This document shows positions 28,446-39,308 of a stretch of DNA of 64,000 nucleotides, piece after piece. The DNA is from Gemmatimonadaceae bacterium (GTDB lineage: Bacteria > Gemmatimonadota > Gemmatimonadetes > Gemmatimonadales > Gemmatimonadaceae): NCBI GenBank assembly GCA_051859245.1, contig JBHYGA010000001.1:1765506-1829505 (forward strand). Direction: 5' to 3'. The stretch's first letter is position 1. Each line of letters starts with the position of its first letter. The notes beneath the pieces are model-generated. The model saw nothing but the letters and a program-made list of their open reading frames with translations, did no database searches and had not been told where the DNA came from. Both the position numbers and the translations under genes were made by a program.

Positions 28446-30385
28446 GATTCGTTGGGTGGGGAGAAATCGGGGGAAGGATCAGGTGGGAGATCAGCGCGAA
28501 GATCAGCTGGCACATCAACAGGGACATCAGCAGGGACATCAGCACGGACATCAGCGGTGAGATCGGGTGCGAGTACACCGAGCGCGATGTGCACCTTTCG
28601 CGCGATGGCCTCACCGAATCCCGGCACTTCCGCAATGTCTTGGAGCGACGCATCGCGCACGCCCTGCACACTGCCAAAGCGGTGCAACAGTGCACGGCGG
28701 CGATTGGGACCAACACCGGGAATCTGCAGCAGCTCTGATGTGATCGTACGCGCCGCACGCTTGCTGCGCTGAAACGTGATCGCAAAACGGTGCGCTTCAT
28801 CGCGGGCCTGCTGCAGCATGCGGAGCGCTGGCGAACGGCGAGGCAAGCGGATCCCGTCGCTTCGCCCCGGCAGAAAAATCTCCTCGTCACGTTTGGCGAG
28901 GCTGACGATCGGCTGTTGCGATAAACCAAGTTCTTCGAGTGCGACGACGGCGGAACTCAGCTGTCCCTTGCCACCATCGATCACGACGAGATCCGGCAGC
29001 GGCTTGCCTTCATCCACTCGGCGCCGCAGAAAGCGCTGTACCACTTCGTGCATGGACTTGAAGTCGTCAATGCCGATTGTGTCCTTGATCATGAACTTAC
29101 GGTACTCACTGCGCTTGGGTCGGCCGTTCTCAAACCAGACGCACGAGGCCACCGTATCGGTGCCCTGCGCGTGCGAGATGTCAAAGCACGCGAGTGAGCG
29201 CGGAAGTTTGGGCAGTCCAAGCTCGCGCTGGAGTTCGTACACGGGATCACTGGCCCGCTCGTCGGCTTCCAGCGCGGCGAGCTTGAACTCTTCGAGCAGG
29301 TGGCGCGCGTTTTGATCGGCCAGATCGACGAGCGCACGACGTGGACCGCGCTGCGGCACTCGTACCGTCGTACCGTCGAGCGCGCTCTCCACCATGTCCT
29401 GCTCGGGCAGCGCAAACGGCAGCAGCAACGTCCGCGAGCGGCCCGGCGCCGTGCGATACCACTGCAGAATGAACGCCGACAAGACCAATCCGTCGTCGAT
29501 GTCTTCCGCATGCTCGAGCAAGCGCTGCTCGCGTGCGAGAAGTTTACCATCGCGAATGCGCAGCACCACGGCGCAGGCGTCTTCACCATCGCGCGCGTAG
29601 CCGACGACATCACGGTCACCACCCTCGACATCAACCACGACTGTCGGTTCTTCCATGCGTTCCAGCTTGAGCAACGCATCACGGAGCTCTGCCGCCGTTT
29701 CGAAATCCAGCTTTTCTGACGCCTCAAGCATGCGCTCACGAACACGTGCAACAACATCGTTGGTACGACCATCGAGGAACGCCACTACGTCATCAATCAT
29801 CGCGCGGTACGACGCCGCTTCTTGCCAGCCCATGCACGGCGCGTGGCAGCGCTTGATGAAGTAGTCGAGACACGGACGCTCAGGCGTTTCACGCGGCAAG
29901 TCGTAGTGACAGGATCGCACCGTAAACAAACGCTTGACCACATTGAGCGCGCGCCGCATCGCACTGACGTCGGTGTACGGTCCGAAGTATCGCGCGCCGT
30001 CATCAAGCAGCCGCCGCGTGACCATGACGCGCGGAAACGGCTCGGCCACCGTCACCTTGATGTAGGGATACGATTTGTCATCGCGCAGGGCCACGTTGAA
30101 ACGCGGTCGGTATTCCTTGATCAGATTCGCTTCAAGGATCAACGCGTGCGCCTCGGTTGGCACCACGAGCGTTTCCACATCGGCGACGCGACGGACCATG
30201 GCCACAATGCGCGGGCTCACCAGATCCTGCGCGAAGTAGCTGCGCACGCGCGAGCGAAGCCGCTTGGCCTTGCCCACGTAGAGAATCGTTCCCGTGGCGT
30301 CTTTCCAGAGGTACACACCCGGTGACTCTGGCAAGTGCGGCACCTTGGCCGCGACGGCCTCGGGCATGCGTTCGGTCGTGCTCAT
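28442..30385 (-). CDS. uvrC: Excinuclease ABC subunit C
   Basis: GIY-YIG domain, UVR domain, FDISH, DGGKGQL, RDEAHRFA, HhH. Confidence 0.98.
   Translation of the reverse strand: MSTTERMPEAVAAKVPHLPESPGVYLWKDATGTILYVGKAKRLRSRVRSYFAQDLVSPRIVAMVRRVADVETLVVPTEAHALILEANLIKEYRPRFNVALRDDKSYPYIKVTVAEPFPRVMVTRRLLDDGARYFGPYTDVSAMRRALNVVKRLFTVRSCHYDLPRETPERPCLDYFIKRCHAPCMGWQEAASYRAMIDDVVAFLDGRTNDVVARVRERMLEASEKLDFETAAELRDALLKLERMEEPTVVVDVEGGDRDVVGYARDGEDACAVVLRIRDGKLLAREQRLLEHAEDIDDGLVLSAFILQWYRTAPGRSRTLLLPFALPEQDMVESALDGTTVRVPQRGPRRALVDLADQNARHLLEEFKLAALEADERASDPVYELQRELGLPKLPRSLACFDISHAQGTDTVASCVWFENGRPKRSEYRKFMIKDTIGIDDFKSMHEVVQRFLRRRVDEGKPLPDLVVIDGGKGQLSSAVVALEELGLSQQPIVSLAKRDEEIFLPGRSDGIRLPRRSPALRMLQQARDEAHRFAITFQRSKRAARTITSELLQIPGVGPNRRRALLHRFGSVQGVRDASLQDIAEVPGFGEAIARKVHIALGVLAPDLTADVRADVPADVPVDVPADLRADLPPDPSPDFSPPNES
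28466..28573 (-). repeat. Degenerate 12-bp tandem repeat (9 periods) in the uvrC 3' tail
   Basis: ATC recurs every 12 nt from 28466 to 28562 (core GGGACATCAGCA); encodes PDLTADVRADVPADVPVDVPADLRADLPPDPSPDF. Confidence 0.85.
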
Positions 30386-30397
30386 CTCAGGACATGC

Positions 30398-32020
30398 TCA
30401 TGGTTCTGCGCGTCGCCGCGGCGAGAGCCGCAGCCATCGGGCCGCTTCGGCTGACCCGAGCCACCAGGAGGACACAAGATAAATCACTGAGAACACACCA
30501 AGTACGATTGACGCTTGAATCCAGCGATGCAACGCTGGCAGACTTTCGCGCAGCATCCACGCAAGAACCGCTGCGACACTCGTTACAAGAAAAACGCGCA
30601 GCACGGCCGATCGCGTTTCACGGCTCAGCAATGCCCCAAATGCGGAACGGATGCGAGCGGTCAGCAGGGCAAAGTTGACCCACGAGCCAAACGCCGCGCC
30701 TAACGCAATGCCGGCCACAGCGAAGGTGTTCTGGCGAAAGTTATACGCGAGCGCCGCGGCGGTCACGATGGAGACTGCCACGCTGAGCATGGAAAAACGC
30801 AGCGGGGTGCGATAGTCCTGCATGGCATGAAACACAGTGGCCATCAGGCGATTCGAAGAAAACCCAACCAGGCCAACGGCGTAGGCCGCGAGCGTTGCGT
30901 GCACTAACTGTTGCTGCGCGGAGCCGAACTCTCCCGACACCAGCAGCACACCGATCACCAGATCGCCAAACACGATGAAGACCACGGCGCTTGGCACCAC
31001 GTAGAACAGAATGCGTGCAAGTCCATTCTGTACGCGGGACAGCACGGCCGCACGCTGATCGGCGCTCAGATGCAGGAGCGCACCGTCACGCCCCGCACGC
31101 GGTGATGCGTCCGCCACACGAGACAGCTCCGGCAGAGACGACGCCGATACCGAAATACCAAAGAGTGCCACCGGCAGCGACATGATCATGTTGGCGAAAC
31201 TGAGCGCCGATACGGAACCAGTGGCCAGAAACGAGGCCAGAAATCCGTCTGCAAATCCAGAGAGCTGAACAACACCGAGCGCGCCCACAACCGGCGTGAG
31301 ATTACGCAACACCGCGCGCACCGAGTCGTTCTGCAATTGTAGTGTCGGCTTGATCGGCCCCGCGAGTCGCCACACTTCCGGGAGTTGTACCGCGACTTGC
31401 AACAGCGCCCCCACCAGCGTTGCCCACGCCAACCACCATGCCAATTGCGTCATGGACGCGGCACGCGATCCCCAGCCGGCAAGCAGTACGATCTGCGCCA
31501 CGTTCCACATCGCGGCGCTGGCGTATGACATGAAGAACCGACGGTGCGAGTTCTGGATTCCCAGACACCAACCCGAAATCACCATCAGCGCAGCCATCGG
31601 AAACAGCACACGGATCAATCGTGTGGTGAGCTCCGCTTTCTCGCCGGTGAAGCCGGCCGCCAACACCGCGGTGAGCCACGGCGCACTCGCGATGCCAATG
31701 AGCGTGAGCACCGAGACGGCAACGAGTAGCACGCCAAGCAAGGCATTCGCAAGCACGCGTGCGCCACGTTCGTCGGCGCGCGAGAGCAGCCCGCTATACA
31801 CGGGAAGAAACGCCGCCGAGAGGGTGCCCTCGCCAAGCAAATTTCTCAACGCGTTCGGTACACGCAGCGCGGTTTGAAACGCATCCTGTTCGTCACTCGC
31901 GCCGAGATACCGCGCCAGAAACCAGGTGCGTACAAATCCGCTTAACCGGCTCACCAGAATGCCGGCCCCTACCAGGCCGGCCGCCCTGCCCGCCTCAACG
32001 TCGCGCGAAGGAGCGGTCAC
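30398..32020 (-). CDS. murJ: Lipid II flippase MurJ (MviN)
   Basis: SRLSGFVR, RVPNALRNLLGEGTLSAAFLP, LPVALFGISV. Confidence 0.95.
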   Translation of the reverse strand: MTAPSRDVEAGRAAGLVGAGILVSRLSGFVRTWFLARYLGASDEQDAFQTALRVPNALRNLLGEGTLSAAFLPVYSGLLSRADERGARVLANALLGVLLVAVSVLTLIGIASAPWLTAVLAAGFTGEKAELTTRLIRVLFPMAALMVISGWCLGIQNSHRRFFMSYASAAMWNVAQIVLLAGWGSRAASMTQLAWWLAWATLVGALLQVAVQLPEVWRLAGPIKPTLQLQNDSVRAVLRNLTPVVGALGVVQLSGFADGFLASFLATGSVSALSFANMIMSLPVALFGISVSASSLPELSRVADASPRAGRDGALLHLSADQRAAVLSRVQNGLARILFYVVPSAVVFIVFGDLVIGVLLVSGEFGSAQQQLVHATLAAYAVGLVGFSSNRLMATVFHAMQDYRTPLRFSMLSVAVSIVTAAALAYNFRQNTFAVAGIALGAAFGSWVNFALLTARIRSAFGALLSRETRSAVLRVFLVTSVAAVLAWMLRESLPALHRWIQASIVLGVFSVIYLVSSWWLGSAEAARWLRLSPRRRAEP

Positions 32021-33612
32021 AGCGCGGTCGGCGCGCCTCCGTTCACCAGCACGTTGGCATGCTCCGCCGCTTTGGCTCGCATCTGACCGAGCACCTGCAA
32101 ACCGTAGCGCGCGAGCACCGGCACCAACGACAGCACGCGTTCAGGCGACGATCCGTTGGGCACAATCGCAGCGCGCGCGATGGCGATGTCGCGTGTGGTG
32201 TCATTCGTGCGACGCTTCACCGCGGCCAGCAACCGCCGTTCCACACGCGTCAATCGATGCGACACATCACGCGCCAGTCCTTCAACCACGCTGTCCGGCA
32301 CGAGCGCATTATCAGCCGCGACCGCACTGGACAGCGCAGCTATCTGCGCGTCGATGGTGACCCGCAGCCGCTCCACGGCGTCGGCCACATCGCGATCCAT
32401 CGCGGCTCGCGCCAGTCGTGCTTCCAGCTCGTACGGCGCACGCAGTTCGTCTTCCGTTGCGCCCAGCCGTTCAAGCACGCGATCCACGTGTGGTTCGCGC
32501 CACGTGGCACTCCAGCGCGGTACGGCCACCGGACGCGCCAGCTGCGCCGCATCGGCCACCGCCGACACCTGCGCGAAATACGCCAACTCACCAGGGCCGG
32601 CTACATACGCCACCGTTGGCATGATCGCGCGCTCAAGTACAGGTCGCAGCAGCACATTCGCGCCGAGTGCGCCGGTCGGTGCTGCGGCCGCGCGCTCACC
32701 TGCGGCGGCGAGCGGAATACGACTACGCACACCATCCGTTGTTTCGAACACCAGCGACAAATCGGCGACCGCTTCAACCTGCGGGAGAAAACCGGCCGCT
32801 TGAATGTCGGCACCACGTTCTGCCAGCGCGCGATCAATTGCACCGGCGTGCGTGAGCGCCAGTTGCAACACGCCATGCGCTGTCGCACGCAACTGCGCAT
32901 GCGACGCATCGAGCACGACGATTCCAAGTGGTTCCAGGACAGAGCGCAGCCATGTGACATACGCCGAACCAACGGTTGCACCGTCAGTGTAGGCGGCATC
33001 AATCAAGTCGAGCACCATCGGATCCGCCACGGAACCACACGCGGCACGCAACGCCGCGCGTTGATTCGCCAGATCGCCAAGCGGTACGTCGGCCATGGCC
33101 ACACCTTCCGTGGCGGGTCCGGCCATCATGAGTTGGTCGAGACCGTCGCGCCCCACGACATGGGTGACGGCCGCCTCCTTCCAATCGGCGTCATCGGTGG
33201 CGGCCCAGAACACGGGCGCCACGGGAATTCGCAGTTGCGTTGACAGCTCATCGGCGAGTGCCAACGCCGACAACGCTTTCGTGAGTGTGTACGCGGGGCC
33301 GCCGAACAACCCAGGCTGCTGCCCCGTGGTCACGACCACGCCATCGCGTGCCGCATCTGCCAAGCGCTGTCTTGCGCGCGTGTGCGTGATTGGTCCAAAC
33401 GCGCCATGCAGCGCATCCAACCAGTCCGTGCGTGTGGCGAATGACTCACGCACGCGGTCAGCATGCGCGCGCCATTCCGCGGGCGACGCTGGGGCTCGCG
33501 TCTGCCACTCGGCGGGCACCGCCGACTGTTGGATGGCACGCGAGAGCGCCGAGCCGCCGAGCGCGGCGTTGTGAATGCGAAGAGTATCCGTTGCTGTCAC
33601 GATGGCCGACAT
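32017..33612 (-). CDS. bshC: Bacillithiol biosynthesis cysteine-adding enzyme BshC
   Basis: VVTTGQQPGLFGGPAYT..KAL, PVFWAATDDAD, NVLLRP, YVAGPGELAYFAQ, PNGSSPERV; ATG 33612 directly after rlmH. Confidence 0.9.
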   Translation of the reverse strand: MSAIVTATDTLRIHNAALGGSALSRAIQQSAVPAEWQTRAPASPAEWRAHADRVRESFATRTDWLDALHGAFGPITHTRARQRLADAARDGVVVTTGQQPGLFGGPAYTLTKALSALALADELSTQLRIPVAPVFWAATDDADWKEAAVTHVVGRDGLDQLMMAGPATEGVAMADVPLGDLANQRAALRAACGSVADPMVLDLIDAAYTDGATVGSAYVTWLRSVLEPLGIVVLDASHAQLRATAHGVLQLALTHAGAIDRALAERGADIQAAGFLPQVEAVADLSLVFETTDGVRSRIPLAAAGERAAAAPTGALGANVLLRPVLERAIMPTVAYVAGPGELAYFAQVSAVADAAQLARPVAVPRWSATWREPHVDRVLERLGATEDELRAPYELEARLARAAMDRDVADAVERLRVTIDAQIAALSSAVAADNALVPDSVVEGLARDVSHRLTRVERRLLAAVKRRTNDTTRDIAIARAAIVPNGSSPERVLSLVPVLARYGLQVLGQMRAKAAEHANVLVNGGAPTAL

Positions 33613-33613
33613 G

Positions 33614-34078
33614 TCACTTGTGATACGGTTCACCACGCGCGATCGTCCCCGCGCGGTAGAGCTGTTCGGCCAGCACCAACCTGGCCAGTTCATGCGGAAG
33701 CGTCCACGGAGCAAGACTCAGTCGGCGCGAGGCGCGCGACAGCACGGCATCGCCGAGACCGTGCGCGCCCCCGATGACAAACGTGGTGTCCGTCGCCGTA
33801 TCGCGCGCCGAACTCAGTAGCGTGGCGAACTGCGTGGAGTCGAGCGCATCACCGCCGGGATCACAGGCAATAATGCGTGCACCGCTTGTCACGCGCGCCA
33901 ACAGACGGTCTGCTTCCGCCGACTTCACCTGCTCCGCCGTGCGCGAACGTGATGATTCTTCGCGCACTTCATGCACATCCAGCGGCCAATAGCGCGCCGC
34001 ACGTGTTTCGTACTCGGCAATCGCGTCGGCGAGGCCGCCCGCCTTCGGACGGCCCACCACGAGGACTGCGACACGCAC
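33614..34078 (-). CDS. rlmH: 23S rRNA m3Psi1915 methyltransferase
   Basis: [33 protein letters not shown]. Confidence 0.97.
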   Translation of the reverse strand: MRVAVLVVGRPKAGGLADAIAEYETRAARYWPLDVHEVREESSRSRTAEQVKSAEADRLLARVTSGARIIACDPGGDALDSTQFATLLSSARDTATDTTFVIGGAHGLGDAVLSRASRRLSLAPWTLPHELARLVLAEQLYRAGTIARGEPYHK

Positions 34079-34096
34079 GGCGCGCGGGTCCGTTAC

Positions 34097-35404
34097 TCAG
34101 GCGTAAATACCGCGCAAACGATGCACCGTTGCGACTCGACTGATCGAGAGCATGTACGCCGCCGTGCGCATGTTGACGTTGTGCTGCGTTGCCAGCTGCA
34201 GCACATCGCGGAAGCTTCGCGTCATAATGTCCGCGAGTCGCTCGTTCACGATGTCTTCCGACCAGAAGTAGCCCATGCGATCCTGCACCCACTCGAAGTA
34301 CGACACGGTCACGCCACCGGCGTTGGCCAGGATGTCAGGAATGACAAAGACACCCTTTGCATCGAGAATCGGGTCGGCAGCTGCGGTTGTCGGACCGTTG
34401 GCTCCTTCGCACATCACCTTGGCGCGAATCTTCGGCGCCACCTTGGTGGTGATGACATTCTCCATGGCGGCCGGCACGAGAATGTCCACGTCGAGCGTGA
34501 GCAGCGTCTCGTTGTCAATCGGATCACCGCCGGGAAATCCTTCGAGCGAGCGATGTTCGCTCACCCACGCGATTGCCGCGTCAACATCAATGCCTTTCGC
34601 GTTGTGCATGCCGGTAAAGCGATCACCAATGGCGACAACTTTGCACCCTTCGCGCGTAAGCAACCGCGCCGCGACAGAACCCACGTTGCCAAAGCCCTGC
34701 ACCGCAACCGTTGCCCCCTGCATGGGCAAACCCAGGTGCTCCATGGCTTCGCGAATCACGAGCATGCATCCGCGACCGGTTGCTTCGCGACGTCCATACG
34801 AGCCGCCCATTTCGATCGGCTTGCCCGTGACCACCGCATTCTCGGTGCGACCAACGCGCATGGAATACGTGTCCATCACCCACGCCATGACGCGCTCATT
34901 CGTATTCACATCGGGCGCGGGCACGTCGGTATCGGGACCGAGCAACTGCATGATGCCGCTCGTGTAGCGACGCGTCAGCCGCTCGAGTTCACCAATGCTC
35001 ATTTTGTGCGGATCACAGATCACGCCGCCTTTCGCACCACCAAAGGGCAAGTTCACAACGGCGCACTTCCACGTCATCCACGCCGCGAGGGCTTTGACCT
35101 CTTCGAGCGTGACGTTCATGTCAAAGCGAATACCACCCTTGGACGGTCCGCGCGATGAGTTGTAGACCACGCGATAACCGGTGAACACTTCCACATCACC
35201 GCTGTCGAGCTGCACCGGAACCGACACGATGAGCTGCTTTTCGGGGTGACGGAGAATTCGATAGATGCCAGGCTCAAGATCGAGCAGTTCAGCGGCGCGA
35301 TCGAAGCGCGACATCATCGCTTCGAACGGATTGTCTTCATTCAGGAACCGATCTTTGTCCGGATGGACGATGGAATCGGTTGGGAGTCGGAGGTCGATGG
35401 CCAT
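34097..35404 (-). CDS. gdhA: Glu/Leu/Phe/Val dehydrogenase (probable glutamate dehydrogenase)
   Basis: [51 protein letters not shown] 35404 preferred. Confidence 0.9.
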   Translation of the reverse strand: MAIDLRLPTDSIVHPDKDRFLNEDNPFEAMMSRFDRAAELLDLEPGIYRILRHPEKQLIVSVPVQLDSGDVEVFTGYRVVYNSSRGPSKGGIRFDMNVTLEEVKALAAWMTWKCAVVNLPFGGAKGGVICDPHKMSIGELERLTRRYTSGIMQLLGPDTDVPAPDVNTNERVMAWVMDTYSMRVGRTENAVVTGKPIEMGGSYGRREATGRGCMLVIREAMEHLGLPMQGATVAVQGFGNVGSVAARLLTREGCKVVAIGDRFTGMHNAKGIDVDAAIAWVSEHRSLEGFPGGDPIDNETLLTLDVDILVPAAMENVITTKVAPKIRAKVMCEGANGPTTAAADPILDAKGVFVIPDILANAGGVTVSYFEWVQDRMGYFWSEDIVNERLADIMTRSFRDVLQLATQHNVNMRTAAYMLSISRVATVHRLRGIYA

Positions 35405-35424
35405 GCGGCAGAGGAGTGGCCGGC

Positions 35425-36507
35425 TTAGCCGGCATTGGGGCGTGAGGCCGCATGCGGAAGGAGACGCGCTGCCAAGACCCGATCCAAGGCACTGTGCAAC
35501 ACGTCCAAACCGAGGCGTACCTCGATGGTCTGCGAAACATACCACAGGGGCGGAGCGGCGCGAGGCCAGAGTGGCGCGAGCTTGACGGCATCCTTGAGCG
35601 TGCAGACGATCTGTGCGCTGGCGTCCACGTCTCCGATGATCTGCCGAACATCATCGGGCAAAAACTCGTGATGGTCCGGATAGCGCCGGCCGGTCACGTG
35701 CGCCCCGGCCGATGCAATGCTCGCTTCGAACGACGCGGGATCAGCGATGGCGCTCACCGCGGTCACGGCTCGCCCATGAAGCGACGAGAGCGGCTGTTCG
35801 GCCCCGACCAGTGCTGTTATCCGTTCACCGGCCGCGACGGCGCGCAGCGCCCCCGCCACAAGCCGCACCACCGCGACCGGCACGCGCGGCGCCGCTGCCG
35901 CTATCGCCCTGTGAACGGCCTCAAGCTGCGACTCCCCGTGCGCTCCCTTCACCGTGATGACAACCGCCGACGCGCGTTGCAGCGCGGCGAGCGGCTCACG
36001 CCATGGCCCGCTGGGCAGGAGCGGCGTCGTCCCCGTCCAGGCGTCGGCCGACAGCAGCACGAGATCCGCCACTCGCGCCGCCCGTCGATGCTGAAACGCG
36101 TCATCGAGCACGACGCAATCGGCGCCGGCCTTCGAGGCCGCCGCGATGCCTCGCACGCGATCCGCGTCGGCAACCACAGCAATGCCCGGATTGAGCAAAC
36201 CGTGTACACGCCACTCGTCATCCCCGTATCCGCGCATCACGAGCGACGGATTGCCACCACGCGCGCGCAGCTCGGCGGCGCACCACGCGGCCACGGGTGT
36301 TTTGCCCGTGCCACCCACCGTCAGGTTGCCCACACTGATCGCAGGCAACGCCACCGGCATGATACCGTCACCACGATCATATCGGCGATTGCGCGCGGAA
36401 ACCACGAGCCCGAACGCTGCCGACAGCGGAGACAGCGCAGCGCGCACGAATCCCGCAGGAGCGCTCGGTGCGTACCAGGCCCACGTGGCCGCGCCGGCGA
36501 GTGTCAT
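35425..36507 (-). CDS. lpxK: Tetraacyldisaccharide 4'-kinase
   Basis: [41 protein letters not shown]. Confidence 0.95.
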   Translation of the reverse strand: MTLAGAATWAWYAPSAPAGFVRAALSPLSAAFGLVVSARNRRYDRGDGIMPVALPAISVGNLTVGGTGKTPVAAWCAAELRARGGNPSLVMRGYGDDEWRVHGLLNPGIAVVADADRVRGIAAASKAGADCVVLDDAFQHRRAARVADLVLLSADAWTGTTPLLPSGPWREPLAALQRASAVVITVKGAHGESQLEAVHRAIAAAAPRVPVAVVRLVAGALRAVAAGERITALVGAEQPLSSLHGRAVTAVSAIADPASFEASIASAGAHVTGRRYPDHHEFLPDDVRQIIGDVDASAQIVCTLKDAVKLAPLWPRAAPPLWYVSQTIEVRLGLDVLHSALDRVLAARLLPHAASRPNAG

Positions 36508-37190
36508 GATGCCGCGCTGTTCGTGTGCTCGCGACCCTCATGAAGCGCAATGCAGCGCGACATCGCGTCTTCCATGTGCGCTTCAAACACCGCCGCCAGC
36601 GCCGCCGCGTCGCGACCAGACTCCGCCTCGACCGATTGCGAGGGACCGCACACCACCGTGATGCGCGCAAACGGCTTGGGGATTTCGAACTGATCCCAAC
36701 TCTTCAGCCGCCACAACCGATCGGTGTGACATACCAGGGGCACGAACGGTGCGCCGGTGCGCTGCGCGATGAGCAAAATGCCGGGTGCCATTGTGCGACG
36801 TGGCCCGCGAGGACCGTCGGGTGTTATTACGACATCGCCGTTGCTTTTCACCACTTTCACCAATTCGAGCAACGCTCGCGTGCCACCTCGTGTTGACGAA
36901 CCACGCGTCGTCATCAGGCCGAATGCATCGAGCACGCGCGCAATCAGCTCGCCATCACGGTGTTCCGAAACGAGTGCGGTGACCGGTTCGTAGCGCAACA
37001 CCCGCAGCGCTTCGAGCAGCTGGCCGTGCCACACACTGTACACCACGGGTGGTTCACCGCGATCGCGTCGTACGCGCGGCGCAACGTAACCATGCGTCTG
37101 CACTCGCCAAGTGGCCGACAACAGGCGAATGACCCACGTGCCAAGCCGAACAAGCACACGCGAGCGCCAGTTCAGCGGCGTGGCGGTCAT
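36504..37190 (-). CDS. DUF374 lysophospholipid acyltransferase family protein (LpxJ-like)
   Basis: WHG, SEHRDGE, RGSSTRGG, TPDGPRGP, SWD.F.IPKPF; between lpxB and lpxK. Confidence 0.82.
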   Translation of the reverse strand: MTATPLNWRSRVLVRLGTWVIRLLSATWRVQTHGYVAPRVRRDRGEPPVVYSVWHGQLLEALRVLRYEPVTALVSEHRDGELIARVLDAFGLMTTRGSSTRGGTRALLELVKVVKSNGDVVITPDGPRGPRRTMAPGILLIAQRTGAPFVPLVCHTDRLWRLKSWDQFEIPKPFARITVVCGPSQSVEAESGRDAAALAAVFEAHMEDAMSRCIALHEGREHTNSAAS

Positions 37191-38299
37191 TTTGCCAAGC
37201 TCAACGCAAATGCGGCCGCGCGCTCAGACGCACCGGGGGACCCAAGCTTTTCGCGCACATCAGCGAGCCCTTGCAGGGCCGCGCGTCTCTCTGTGCTCGA
37301 CGTATCGAGCAACGGTTCCAGCGCGTCGGCCATGTGCGCAGGCACAATTGCATCCTGCACAAACTCGCGCGACACGGCGCGGCCGGCCACCACATTCACC
37401 AAACCGATGTTGGGAATCTTCACCACACGGCGAGCAATCGCGTAACTGATCGCACTGGTGCGATACGCAATGATGTGAGGGAGCCCCGCCACCGCCGCTT
37501 CAAGCGTGGTGGTGCCGCTTTTGAGCAGACCCGCCGTGGCAGCGCGCAGCACCGCGAACGACTGACCGCGCACCACCGGAAACGGACAGCGCGCCGCATC
37601 GATGGTGATGCCGGGCGCGCCGCTCACGATGACCTGCAGGGAGGGATGTCGTTGCTGCAGCGCTTTGGCTGTGGCAACGAAGGGATCCAGATGTCGCGCG
37701 AGCTCGCTACCGCGACTGCCCGGAAACACGGCCAACACCGGCGCATTCGGATCGAGCCCCAACTGCGCCCGTGCATCCGCCGGCTCGGGCAATTCCGAGG
37801 CGCGATCGAGCAACGGGTGCCCCACAAACGTGGCGTCCACGCCGTGCTGACGAAGCAGCGCTTCTTCAAACGGGAGAATCACCGCCGCTTTGCTGACCCA
37901 TTTGGCAAGTTTGGGCAATCGATCGGCACCCCACGCCCACACTTGCGGGGTGATGTAGTACAACACCGGCACGCCAGCGAGATGCGCCGCCTCGGCGACA
38001 CGCATGTTGAAGCCAGGATAGTCCATGAGTACGACCAGACCCACGTTCCCGGAGCGGAGCCGCGCCTTGAGCGTACGCAACAACGCGAAATGTTTCGGGA
38101 TGTGCCGCACCACCTCGGTGAAGCCGATGGCGGCGAGATTCTCACTGTGCTCCAACAACTGCACGCCGGCCGCGCGCATCCGCTCACCACCCACACCAAC
38201 GAGTGGCCGCTCCGGTTGCGCCGTGCGCAGCGCACTGGCCACCTTCGCCGCGTGTAAATCGCCGGACGGCTCGCCGACGACAAACAGAATTTCACGCAC
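37187..38299 (-). CDS. lpxB: Lipid-A-disaccharide synthase
   Basis: GEPSGDLH, DYPGFN, PQVWAW, FVGHPL, PGSR, SGTTTLE; GTG start at 38299. Confidence 0.97.
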   Translation of the reverse strand: MREILFVVGEPSGDLHAAKVASALRTAQPERPLVGVGGERMRAAGVQLLEHSENLAAIGFTEVVRHIPKHFALLRTLKARLRSGNVGLVVLMDYPGFNMRVAEAAHLAGVPVLYYITPQVWAWGADRLPKLAKWVSKAAVILPFEEALLRQHGVDATFVGHPLLDRASELPEPADARAQLGLDPNAPVLAVFPGSRGSELARHLDPFVATAKALQQRHPSLQVIVSGAPGITIDAARCPFPVVRGQSFAVLRAATAGLLKSGTTTLEAAVAGLPHIIAYRTSAISYAIARRVVKIPNIGLVNVVAGRAVSREFVQDAIVPAHMADALEPLLDTSSTERRAALQGLADVREKLGSPGASERAAAFALSLAK

Positions 38300-39308
38300 C
38301 AGCGCGTTCCCGATCTGCGGAGAGTACGTGCGGTGCCTGCATGCTCGGCAGCGTGCGTTCAATCTCGCGCATGATACGCAAGGCCACCGACAACGCCTCG
38401 CGCCCCTCTTCGCCGGACACGGCCACCGGAGCACGTCCTTCAATCGCTTCGATGAACTGTGAGAGCTCCATCCACAGCGGCTCGGCGTCGGGCGCCGTCA
38501 GCGCGATGCGCTCCACGAACTCTTCAAGAGCACGCGGTTGCGCGGCCAGTGTCGCGGGATCCAGATCGCGGCGCATGCGAAAGAACTCGCCGCTGCCAGC
38601 CGCGAGATCGAGCGAGAGATATCCGCTCCGCTGAAAAAGGCGCAGCTTGCGTACGCGTTCGCGCGACACGCGACTCGCCGTGACATTCGCCACGGCCCCG
38701 TTCGCGAACACCAGTCGCGCGTTTGCAATGTCCAGCTGCGGCGTGAGCACCGGGATGCCGGTAGCCTGCACATCGGTCACGCGTTCGCCAACGAGCGTGC
38801 GCACGAGATCGATGTCGTGGATCATCAGGTCGAGCACCACCGCCACATCTGACCCGCGCGGATTGAATGGTGCCAGTCGGTCGCTTTCAATGAACCGCGG
38901 CGATTCCACGTACGGCAATGCCGCGCGCACCGCACGATTGAAGCGTTCCACATGTCCGACCTGTACCAGTCGTCCGGCCGTCTGCGCCATCGACAACAGT
39001 TCGTCAGCTTCGTCGAGCGTGACGGTGAACGGCTTCTCCACAAACACGTGACAGCCGCTCGCAATCGCGGCCGAGGCCACCGCAAAGTGCGCAGTGGTGG
39101 GTACCACAATGGATACCGCGTCAGCGGCCACGAGCAGCGAGTCAAGCGTAGGGTGCGCCATGACACCCAACTGGTCGGCAATCGCGGCCGCGCGCGCCGA
39201 ATCGGCATCGTACAGACCGACAAATCGTTCGCCGGCAAGATCGCGCAGAATTCGTACGTGATGCTGACCCAGCGCTCCCGCACCAATCACACCAATGCGA
39301 GTGGTCAT
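38292..39308 (-). CDS. Gfo/Idh/MocA oxidoreductase, GnnA-like (possible UDP-GlcNAc 3-dehydrogenase)
   Basis: GAGALG, EKP, GHVERFN, DLMIHD, ASRVS; between lpxA and lpxB. Confidence 0.8.
   Translation of the reverse strand: MTTRIGVIGAGALGQHHVRILRDLAGERFVGLYDADSARAAAIADQLGVMAHPTLDSLLVAADAVSIVVPTTAHFAVASAAIASGCHVFVEKPFTVTLDEADELLSMAQTAGRLVQVGHVERFNRAVRAALPYVESPRFIESDRLAPFNPRGSDVAVVLDLMIHDIDLVRTLVGERVTDVQATGIPVLTPQLDIANARLVFANGAVANVTASRVSRERVRKLRLFQRSGYLSLDLAAGSGEFFRMRRDLDPATLAAQPRALEEFVERIALTAPDAEPLWMELSQFIEAIEGRAPVAVSGEEGREALSVALRIMREIERTLPSMQAPHVLSADRERAGA

Noticed and set aside
28466..28573. Possible CRISPR array
   Set aside because: 12-bp period with no spacers, in frame within uvrC, and no cas genes.
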